Below are positions 26,654 to 36,750 of a stretch of DNA of 64,000 nt, one piece after another. Below the pieces are notes generated by a model. It saw nothing but the letters and a program-made list of their open reading frames with translations, was not told where the DNA came from and made no database searches. Position numbers and translations under genes: made by a program. The DNA comes from Squalus acanthias (Eukaryota). Every line of letters starts with the position of its first letter. Position 1 is the first letter of the stretch. The DNA lies in the NCBI GenBank assembly GCA_030390025.1, contig CM059425.1:168456001-168520000 (forward strand), in the 5' to 3' direction.

Positions 26654-26871
26654 AATTGAGAGGTCGCACAACACCAGGTTATAGTCCAACAGTTTTATTT
26701 GAAATCACAAGCTTTCGGAGCTATCTTCTTGCTCCTTCCTCAGGTGAAGGAAGGAGCAAGAAGATAGCTCCGAAAGCTTGTGATTTCAAATAAAACTGTT
26801 GGACTATAACCTGGTGTTGTGCGACCTCTCAATTTTGTCCACCCCAGTCCAACACCGGCATCTCCGCATCA
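26654..26871. mobile_element. Penelope-type fold-back element, 87-bp arms, 12-bp TSD
   Basis: Arms 26654-26740 and 26748-26834 with 7-nt loop; same tail; TSD tgacaggaactt at 26642-26653 and 26872-26883. Hammerhead motif (CTGAGGA...GAAA) is complete on the minus strand only. Confidence 0.9.
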
Positions 26872-27215
26872 TGACAGGAACTTGCCATACAAAAGCCCAT
26901 AGAAAGTCTATGGGCAAATTCAAGTCCAACACATGGTTGATGCCGTTCATTCGCCACTCAGAGCAAAATCTGGCCCAATAGGATTGAGCTCAGCTGTGAT
27001 GTTTAATGGTTGAATAGCTTGCCAGCACTCACGATCTAGGCAAGAACATGAAAAATGGACACATGAAGGAGGTACTGGAAGGCTGTCAGTACACAAGGAA
27101 AAAAATCCCAACAATAGTCAGCGCCATTAAAGGCCTCAAAGGCATTATAGAGCAATGAATCTACTAGTAAATAATAGGCTGTCTGATTTTCCTGAATGAA
27201 TTCACAAAACACTAG

Positions 27216-30200
27216 GGGGAAAAATTCGGTTGCTTTGTGCCTCCCGTTAGTGCCCTAAGAGGGCGCTAATGGGACGCAAAGCAACTAGCGCCCGGACGCG
27301 GCGATGTTTGTGCCGCTCGCGAAATTGACCAGAGTTTTTGCGGCGGCGCTAAACTCTACCGCCCTGATCTCCTGAGCCCGCAGATCGTGACGTCAGTCGA
27401 GCGTGCAACATCCTGGTGGCGCCCCAGACCGGATATTGAGTGGCGCCCCTTTCCTTTCCGCCTGCCGCAAGCAACGACAGGGAGAGTGGAACGATTTGCA
27501 GTCGGGAAGGGGCTGGGGGAGCGCTATTTAAAGGTGCCCTCTTCCTGCCTTTTTTTGTGGGAGACATTTTTGCACCACTCATTCTGAGAGAGATTCTGAG
27601 AGAGAGAGAGAGAGACTTCTGCAGAGAGTCAACGCTGTGTGAAGGAGTTTTGGCTACTGAGCATCACTTTGCAGGTTCTTTTGGATTTGAGCTTCATTGC
27701 TTCGATTGTCAAGAGACTGTGGGGGCTGCACTGATTTCGGGGCGTCATCCTGCACCTGCAGAATCAGAGGCATCAGAGACGCAGAGAGAGAGTGGCAATC
27801 ATGGCCAGAGGGAGGAGGGCCAACAGGCCTCTGCACAGGAGACCTTACCCTCCCAGGGTATTCCGGGAACAGTTCTCCTACATTCATTTGTCAGAGGAGC
27901 AGTGTTTGTGCAGGCTGCGCTTCAGCAAGGAGGTGGTCACTGAGCTCTGCCACCTGCTGCAGCCAGATCTGCAGCCTCAACTGAGGACCAGGATGTCTCT
28001 GTCGGTGGCAGTGAAGGTCACAGTGGCTCTGAATGTTTATGCCACCGGCTCCTTTCAAGCAGCTGCTGGGGACATCGCCAATATCTCTCAGTTCGCGGTC
28101 CATTGCTGTATCCGGGAGGTGACAAATGCCCTCAATAAAAGGAGACGCCAGTACATCTCTTTCCCGATGACCCGGGCCAAACAGCATGAACGCGGATTGG
28201 GCTTTGCGAGGATAGCGGGCTTCCCCATGATGCAGGGCAGCATTGACTGCACGCATGTGGCATTGCGGGCACCGCATGAGAATGCAGAGGTTTTCCGAAA
28301 CCGCAAGGGGTTCCACTCCTTAACTGTGCAGTTGGTCTGTGACCACAGACAACTGATAGTCGCCGTCAATGCCCGCTATCCTGGCAGCAGCCATGATGCT
28401 TTCATCCTGCGCCAGACTGGTGTGCCAGACCTTTTCCAGGCACCGCATCAGCCAAGTGGTTGGCTCCTCGGGGACAAGGGTTATCCACTCTGCACCTGGC
28501 TGATGACACCGCTCCGTAACCCCAACACCCCTGCTGAGCTGCGGTACAATGAGAGCCATATTGCCACCAGGAACATAATTGAGCAGACTATCGGCATGCT
28601 CAAGCAACGGTTCCGCTGTCTGGATCACTCAGGAGGAGCCCTGCAGTACTCTCCTGAGCGAGTCTCCCTCTTCATAGTTGTTTGCTGCATTCTTCATAAC
28701 CTTGCAATCCTCAGGACCCAGCCAATGCCACTTCTAGGACCCTACTCAGAAGATGACTTCTGGCATGGAGAACAACTTGATGGAAAGCAACCCGCAACCC
28801 CTATAGCCGGCCAAAGCAGCAATGATTCCAAAGGCCAAACATGTACATTTTGAATACAACAACTTTTTTATTTTACAAACTCTGTATGTGTCATTTATTC
28901 ATGACAAACTAATAGAAACAAACACAACAAATCATTAATTAACATAACTGGTTCTCACAACCTGGAGATAATGGCCAAAACACTAAACAAAAGTTATCAG
29001 ACGAACCTCGGCCTTTAATAAAAACATTCCCAACATTTCTTGAGATCTCCTACTTTTTGCCCTTCGAGGGTGATCTCCATCCCTTGCGCACTTCCCCCCT
29101 TCCCACCCTACTGCTCCTCCGTAATGGGGCCCCAGTGGCTGCAGCAAGGCTGGTGGAAGGCTGCTGAATGTCAGATCCTGAGACTACAGATGCCCTTGAA
29201 GGACGCCCTCGACCAGCTCTGGGCCTGGAGGCCCCGGCTGCAGACTGCACCAGCTCTGCATGGGCGGCAGCAGTCTGGGCTACAGGCAGTGGCAAGTGCA
29301 GTGGAGAAGTGACAGTGGTGGCAGCAGGAATGCTGTCATCCTGAGAGAGGACAGCACCTCCCTGCTCGACCGACACACTGGCACTCCCACGGGGCAGCAC
29401 CTCAGCATTCGGAGCAATCTGCTGGAGCACAGATTGCTGGCCTACTGCGGCGCCGTGAGAGCCCCGGGGCAATGTGGCCGAACCAGCAACGATGGCAGCA
29501 GTCAGTGCTTGCGTTGCCTCAATCTGAGACTGCATGAGAGCAGTCTGAGATTGGATCACAGCAGCCAGTGACTGAATTGCAGCACTAAGCAGTTGCGTTG
29601 CTCGACACTCCTTGCCAGTCCATCAATGCTTTCGGGCACCCTTCCCATTGCACCCATGAGCTGAGTGTGCAAGTTCACTACCTGGGTGTTCATTTCCGCG
29701 ATGAGCCGCTCCTCTTCTGCGTCCAGTGCAGCAGGACTCGCTGGCCTACTCTCCCTCCGGGGAGAAGGCCCCCGAGCTTCCCTGTCCCCGAGCTTCCCTA
29801 CCCCCCATCGCGTTGCTGCAGCCCGCTGGGTCCCGGAGCTTCACCCTCATCAGACCCTTCCCCCCCTGCTCCCCTCCAGGGAAGACGTGTTCCCAGTGTG
29901 GGCATGGGCTCCCTCGGGAGACGCTGGCGCTGAGGCTCTGGCTTCCTCGTCCTCCTTACCTGCGGCGTCGCTCCCACTGGCTGCTTGAGGGCCCATCTCC
30001 TCAGCTGGTGGTTCACCATCTGAAAGCAGGGAGGTACAAGAGTTGCTTTAGCGTGAGGACAGGGGGGCAGTAAGGGAGCAAGGACTGGAGCGATTTAGTA
30101 AGTTGGATTGAAAGTGTAAAAGGCTGGTGTTGTGAGGGACAAGTGGAATGAGAGAGGAGAGAAAGCTGATGACCTTACCATTGCTGTCCCGAACGGGGTC

Positions 30201-30323
30201 GACCTCTCCATGGGCGATAGAAGCCAAGTTTGCATTCGGAGGCGATAACTTAGCGGCAGGCGCTAAACTTTGCGCCCAGCCGATAATTGCGCCCCAAACG
30301 GGGCGATACCAAATTTCTCCCCC
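27216..30323 (+). mobile_element. PIF/Harbinger transposon with both TIRs, internally deleted
   Basis: cta|gggggaaaaatt ... aaatttctccccc|tag; transposase on +; last exon of the Myb/SANT partner gene on - (30019 to ~29050). Confidence 0.92.
27801..28853 (+). CDS. HARBI1-type DDE transposase, open across the catalytic core
   Basis: IDCTHV, NRKGFHSL.VQLVCD, YPGSSHDAF, LGDKGY, IEQTIG.LKQRFRCL, LHNLA. The native start and C-terminus look damaged. Confidence 0.8.
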   Translation: MARGRRANRPLHRRPYPPRVFREQFSYIHLSEEQCLCRLRFSKEVVTELCHLLQPDLQPQLRTRMSLSVAVKVTVALNVYATGSFQAAAGDIANISQFAVHCCIREVTNALNKRRRQYISFPMTRAKQHERGLGFARIAGFPMMQGSIDCTHVALRAPHENAEVFRNRKGFHSLTVQLVCDHRQLIVAVNARYPGSSHDAFILRQTGVPDLFQAPHQPSGWLLGDKGYPLCTWLMTPLRNPNTPAELRYNESHIATRNIIEQTIGMLKQRFRCLDHSGGALQYSPERVSLFIVVCCILHNLAILRTQPMPLLGPYSEDDFWHGEQLDGKQPATPIAGQSSNDSKGQTCTF

Positions 30324-30835
30324 TAGGGGTGATGTTTTTTAATTTTATTATTCGTTTATGGGATGTGGGTGTCGCTGGCAAGGCCAGCTTTTATTGCCAT
30401 CCCTAATTGCCCTTGAGAAGGTGGTGGTGAGCCGCCACATGTTGCAAGTTCCACATGTTGGAAATTTTCTGAAGACGAACAGAAGCTACTAGACTGCATG
30501 GGTCAATGTGTTCACCTGTTGGAGATGGAAGTTACAAGTGTCCAATGTTTATATGACATCTAAAGCAGTGTTGGAAGATTACCAGTTAAAATAATTTAAT
30601 ATTAATGAGAGGGTATGCTGCAGTTTCCACAAACTTATGGGGCTTGTGGATGTGTCACCTGGAAGTTGAGCCTTTCTGGTTGATTTTTCAACCTGGTTTT
30701 AAAGTTTAACCACAGAGGTCTACAGCACAGAAGGAGGCCATTTGGCCTGCCATGTCTGCCAGATCTTTGCTGGAACAATCAAAAACTGCCCTACTCTCTC
30801 ATAGTCCTGTACCTTCTCTGCTTCAAATATAAATG

Positions 30836-31216
30836 AGAAGTCGCACAACACCAGGTTATAGTCCAACAGTTTTATTTAAAATTACGAGCTTTCGGAGCTG
30901 CTGCCCCTTCGTCAGGTACCTGACGAAGGGGCAGCCGCTCCGAAAGCTCGTAATTTTAAATAAAGCTGTTGGACTATAACCTGGTGTTGTGCGACTTCTC
31001 ATTTTTGTCCACCCCAGTCCAACACCGGTTATAGTCCAACAGTTTTATTTAAAATTACGAGCTTTCGGAGCTGCTGCCCCTTCGTCAGGTACCTGACGAA
31101 GGGGCAGCCGCTCCGAAAGCTCGTAATTTTAAATAAAGCTGTTGGACTATAACCTGGTGTTGTGCGACTTCTCATTTTTGTCCACCCCAGTCCAACACCG
31201 GCATCTCCGCATCATG
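30836..31216. mobile_element. Tandem dimer of Penelope-type palindromes with four hammerhead motifs, 13-bp TSD
   Basis: Loop-less palindrome centres at 30917/30918 and 31090/31091 (period 173); TSD tcaaatataaatg at 30823-30835 and 31217-31229. Confidence 0.9.
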
Positions 31217-31432
31217 TCAAATATAAATGTACTTGTTCCTTAAAAGTATAATGATCTCTGCCTCAACTATTCCCCATTAGAAAACATTCCATACTCTGTA
31301 AAAATATTTTTTCTAACCTCCGTCCTCACTGTCTTAGTGACAATTTTGAATTGATGACCCATTTCCTCTGACGCCCTAACCAGAGAAAATTGCCTTTCCC
31401 TATTCTCTCAATCAAAAGACTTAGGCCTAAAA

Positions 31433-32141
31433 ATTCGGTTGCTTTGCGCCTCCCGTTAGCGCCCGAAGAGGGCGATAACGGGGCACAAAGCAACTTGTGC
31501 CCGGGCGTGGCGCCGCCAACGCCTCCTGCAAAATTCAGCAGGAGGTTAGCAATGGCGGTAACTGTTAGCGCCCTACGGCGCTGCGCCGCTGGCGATGACC
31601 TCATCGCCTTGCGCAGCGCCCCGCTCGTGCCCCAGCTGCGATCTTCGGTAGTGCCCCTGACTTACCGCCGGACGCTATGTCCGACAGGGTCAGGGGGGGC
31701 CTACCTGCAGCCAGGGCGGCGCGAATTAAAGACGAGGTGTTGGGCAGCCATTTTTGTTGCTGGCCGCCTGCCAGCACCTGCCCCCACAGAGTGCCGGCTG
31801 CGCTCTGTCAGCCTGGCACTTCTCTTCAGTGCCGGGTTCTTTTGCCGGCACTCCGATGCCTGGTGGCCCAGCTGGGCCTCGGGTTGTGCTGGACAAGGCC
31901 CCTCCCCTTTAAGAAGGGGAGGAAGGTCTGCAGTACCGCGGCACGATGCGCGTGGTGCTGCGGCACGTAGCGCCGCGATATTCACTCGCAGCACCCCAAG
32001 AGGGAGGTAGGGCGCTTCCAGTAGCACCCCGCTTCCTCTTGGGGCACTACCGATGAATTTCGGCCGCAGGGGGGCGCTACTTTTTAGTAGCGCCCCGGCG
32101 AAGTTAGCGCCCCAAAGGGTTGCGACTCAATTTTTCCCCCC
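31433..32141. mobile_element. Harbinger-type MITE
   Basis: ggcctaaaaattcggttg ... caatttttccccc; longer relative of 13997-14489. Confidence 0.8.
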
Positions 32142-32579
32142 TGATAATTTTAAAAAGCGCTATTAAATCTACTTATAGCTTTCTCTGCTGCAGTGGAAAT
32201 AGTCCCAGTATCTCAAGTCACTCATCATAACTAGGTTTCTCTCTTTAGCAATGATCCTGTTATTTATACACCAGCTACTGGTTTGAGAGGATAAGCTGCA
32301 CATTCAGTTTCAGCCAGGTTCCTGCCTTGCTGGAACTGGAAGACAGATCTGACATTTCCTCAAGCTGCTCTAGCTCTGCCACAACCTTTCCGGAAGTGAG
32401 CAGAAGCCCTGTTTATGCGTGTAAACAGGGTTTCTGACGCACTTGTGGCAAAGTTAAGGCTGTGGAGCAGGTACATGTCCAAGTAAATTCCGAACCAGTG
32501 TTACCAGGAGTGAGTTGTGCACATGCCTGAATAGAGATATGGGCAGAGCTCTCTCCCAGCAGTTCAAAATATCAATGTT

Positions 32580-32945
32580 AGTAACAACAACTTGCATTTA
32601 TATAGCGCCTTTAACGTGGGAAAACATCCCAACGTGCTATACGGAGATGCAAGGATAAAAATGGACCAAAGAAGGAGATATTAGGAGGTGTGACCAAAAG
32701 CCATGTACAAAGTGATGAGTTTTGAGACGTTTGAAAGGAAGACAGGATGATGGAGAGGCAGAGAGGTTCAGGAAAGAAAGAGTGGGACACTAGGTGGCTG
32801 AAAGCACAGTTGCAATGGTGTGACGAAGAAAGGGAAAGATGCACAAGAGACCAGAGTCAGAGGGCAGAGAGATTGTGGGGGATTGCAGTGCTGGAGAAGG
32901 TTAGAGATAGAAAGGGGAAAGGTCATAGAGGGATTGAAACACAAT
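32580..32945 (-). mobile_element. L2 3' fragment
   Basis: Tail aacaacaacttgcatttatatagcgcc followed by sequence similar to 1000-1320. Confidence 0.7.
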
Positions 32946-33944
32946 CCTCCTTTGCTCTTTTGTTTTGTCGCCATCTACTGGCTGGCTCATTGGACCATTC
33001 GCAATCTCATCAGGAAAGCTATTACTCTTTTCTGAGTAAATTCAAGTACTTTTCGTAATAAACATTTAAAAATATTCAATTTTTTATTTTCTTGACATCA
33101 CATGTTACTAAACCATTAATAACAATCAAGTTTAGCCTTGAATTAGTGAATACCACAAAGGATTAAAGTAAAATATATGAAAATCTCCAGCACTTTAGTG
33201 CTGATTATCCTGCACGATGAGTAAAATTAAGAATGTTTTTCCACATGAATAGGAAGCTCGGGAAGCTACATAGTGCAGTTACTTTACTTGCCTTAACTCG
33301 GCAGAAAATATATTTTTGTGTGCTCCAGTCATTTCTTTAGTGAGAGGGAATCTGCTCTGCTTTTTCTTGCATGTAAATTTGTCCAAAACAATTTAAGATT
33401 TAAGACCAATTTTATCAATCTTTTAAAGAATATGAACAATAAAAACTTGTGTGTGTGTGTGTATATATATCTTTATATATAACATATATAGCAGCTTTAG
33501 CATAGACAAACGTTCCAAGGTGCATCACAGAGGAGCAATCAGAAAAAAGCAGCACAATAATATCACAGATTAACATGCGACTAGACTGCTTCTGAGTGGT
33601 GATGGACCAAGTGTGGTGCCAACCCTTCCCCATTACATGTCTCTGCAATGAAAGTACCTTCTCCTATCCACTCACACCCTCTAGCCATTGTAGGTATTGA
33701 GATACAGGCTGCCAGTTCCATTTCGCTGGGGACTATAGGGAGTAGAACTCATATGACACAAGTGGCACGCTTTGTGATGGAGAGGATATAGGGTTGGAAG
33801 CTCAGTTTGTGATTAAATAGAATGCCAAGATTGTGAACAGTCTGATTCAGCCTTAGACAGTGGTCAAGGAGATGGATGGACAAGAGTACTGAGTTTGTGA
33901 TGAAGACCAAATATGATGGCTTCGGTCCTTCCAAGTTCGAGCTT

Positions 33945-35342
33945 AACTAGCTTGTTCAAAAAAGGGTGTAAGGATAAACCCAGCAACTACAGGCCAGTCA
34001 GTTTAACCTTGGTAGTGGGGAAGCTTTTAGAAATGATAATCCAAGACAAAATTAACAGTCACTTGGACAAGTGTGGATTAATTGTTAAAGGCAAATCGTG
34101 ATTAACTAACTTGATCGAGTTTTTTGATGAGGTAACAGAGAGGGTTGATTGGGGCAATGCAGTTGATTTGTACATTGACTTCCAAAAGGCGTTTGATAAA
34201 GTGCCACATAATAGGTTTGCCAGCAAAGTTGAAGCCCATGGAATAAAAGGGACAGTGGCAGCATGGATATGAAATTGGCTAAGTGACAGGAAACAGAGAG
34301 TAGTGGTGAACGGTTGTTTATCAGACTGGAGGAAGGTACACAGTGGTGTTCCCCAGGGGTCAGCACTAGGACCACTGCTTTTCTTGAAATATATTAATGA
34401 CTTGGACTTGGGTGTACACAGCACAATTTCAAAATTTGCAGATGACACAAAACTTGGAGGTATAGTGAACAGTGAGGAGGATAGTGATAGACTGCAAGAG
34501 GATATAGACAGGCAGGTGGAATGGGCGGACACGTGGCAGATGAAATTTAACGCAGAAAAGTGCGAAGTGATACATTTTGGTAGGAAGAATGAGGAGAGGC
34601 AATATAAACTAAAGGGTACAATTCTAAAGGGGGTGCATGAACAGAGAGACCTGCGGGTATATGTGCACAAATCATTGAAGTTGGCAGGGCAGGTTGAGAA
34701 AGCGGTTAAAAAAGCATATGGGATACTGGGCTTCATAAATAGAGGCATAGAGTACAAAAGCAAGGAAGTTATGATGAACCTTTATAAAACGTTGGAGTAT
34801 TGTGTCCAATTCAAGGGCACCACACTTTAGGAAGGATGTGAAGGCCTTAGAGAGGGTGCAGAAAAGATTTACAAGAATGGTTCCAGGGATGAGGGACTTC
34901 AGTTACGTGGATAGACTGGAGAAGCTGGAGTTGTTCTCCTTAGAGCAGCGAAGGTTGAGAGGAGATTTGATAGAGGTGTTCAAAATCATGACGCGTCTAG
35001 ACAGAGCAGATAGAGAGAAACTGTTCCCATTGGCGGAAGGGTCGAGAATCAGAGGACACAGATTCAAGGTGATTGGCAGAAGAACCAAAGGCGACATGAG
35101 GAAAAACTTCTTTACACAGCGAGTTGTTAGGATCTGGAATTCACTGCCTGAAAGGGTGGTGGAGGCAGATTCAATCACGGCTTTCAAAAGGGAATTGGAT
35201 AAGTACCTGAAGGAAAAAAATTTGCAAGGCTACGGGGAAAAGGCGGGGAGTGGGACTAGCTGAAGTGCTCTTGCAGAGAGCCAGCACGGGCTCGACGGGC
35301 CGAATGGCCTTCTTCTGTTCTGTAACCATTCTATGATTCTAT
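33945..35342 (+). mobile_element. CR1 LINE 3' part, nested in an old minus-strand L2
   Basis: SNYRPVSLT, GVPQGS.LGP, FADDTK, RGDLIEVFK; tail attctatgattctat; L2-like flanks ~33740-33935 and ~35350-35520. Confidence 0.9.
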
Positions 35343-36174
35343 GGCATCTGATGGGCATTCAGACAGCACAGAGGCACTTGTGGGGTCAGGGATAGGGAAG
35401 GACCATTAAATTTAAATGTCAGTACATATGGAAGATAACCCTCTGTTTAAGGATGATATCATCAAGGGACAGATGTAGATGAGAAAAAGGAGGGAGCCAA
35501 GGATGAAGCCTTGAGGTATGCCGGGAAGGAGAAAGTTGGGGGCTGGAGAAGATGTACTATCTATGTTAGAACATATAAGAACGGTCCTACTCTCTGTCAT
35601 ACAGTTAAAATGGGGAAATTATCTTATAATTCCAGGGCTCCTTAAGTGGGAGCTCCGTGGACCTGTCATACAATCAATGCAACCAGGTGCATCTGACCAA
35701 AACAGTAGAGGTGGGACCCACCTGTGGGCTCAGGCCAAGGCAGGAGCATGTACATCTGAAGATGAAGGGGCCAGAGATTTTTTTGGGCGGGAATTTGAAG
35801 TAGGGGCTGCTTGGGGTGTATAGATTGTTCTCCTGGGGGAAAGCCGGCAGCCTCCCCCTCCAATTAGGTCAGCTACCAGCTGCGTTTCTGTGGTCTTTGG
35901 TAGTGGGGGGAGTTGCCACAGATGCATATTTGCTAACAGAAAGTCAGCCACATTTGTTAAAAATAAATGACCATAAATAATATTTTTTTTCAAACTCGCT
36001 CTCCAGTTTTGCCACCCTCCCCTGTGGAGCTGCATGTGGACTCCACTCAATGATGCAATGAAGTTATGACCAATAACAAGAATTTACTGCATGGGAGATC
36101 ACAGGCACAAGCCCACATCCTACAACAAAAACAAAAAAAAGGAGGAAAAGAGAATACTTACATTTAATACTTAC

Positions 36175-36750
36175 TTTCTGCGGCGAGTGTCTCACCTCCT
36201 GACTCCTCAAAGCCTTTCCACCATCTACAAGGCACAAGTCAGGAGTGTGATGGAATACTCTCCACTTGCCTGGATGAGTGCAGCTCCAACAACACTCAAG
36301 AAGCTCAACACCATCCAGAACAAAGCAGCCCGCTTGATTGGCACCCATCCACCACCTTAAACATTCACTCCCTCCACCAATGGCGCACCGTGGCTGCAGT
36401 GTGTACCATCTACAAGATGCACTGCAGCAACACGCCAAGGCTTTTTCAACAGCACTTCCCAAACCCGCGACCTCTACTATCTAGAAGGACAAGAGCAGCA
36501 GGCACCTCCAAGTTCCCCTCCAACTCCCACACCATCCTGACTTGGAAATATATCATCGTACTTTCATCGTCGCTGGGTCAAAATCCTGGAACTCCCTCCC
36601 TAACAGCACTGTGAGAGTACCTTCACCACACAGACTGCAGTGGTTCAAGAAGGCGGCTCACCACCACCTTCTCAAGGGCAATTAGGATTGGGCAATAAAT
36701 GCTGGCCTTGCCAGCGACACCCACATCCCACTGACGAATAAAAAAAATTA
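36175..36750 (+). mobile_element. Jockey-group LINE 3' fragment (same family as 1960-4250)
   Basis: LRRVSHLLTPQSLSTIYKAQVRSVMEYSPLAW; A-rich end. Confidence 0.85.

Noticed and set aside
27801..28853. Domesticated host HARBI1 gene
   Set aside because: Lies between TIRs with a partner-gene remnant, and several related decayed copies occur in the window.
22637..31216. CRISPR array or pre-miRNA reading of the palindromes
   Set aside because: No repeat-spacer periodicity and no cas genes; TSDs and the shared tail indicate retroposed repeats.
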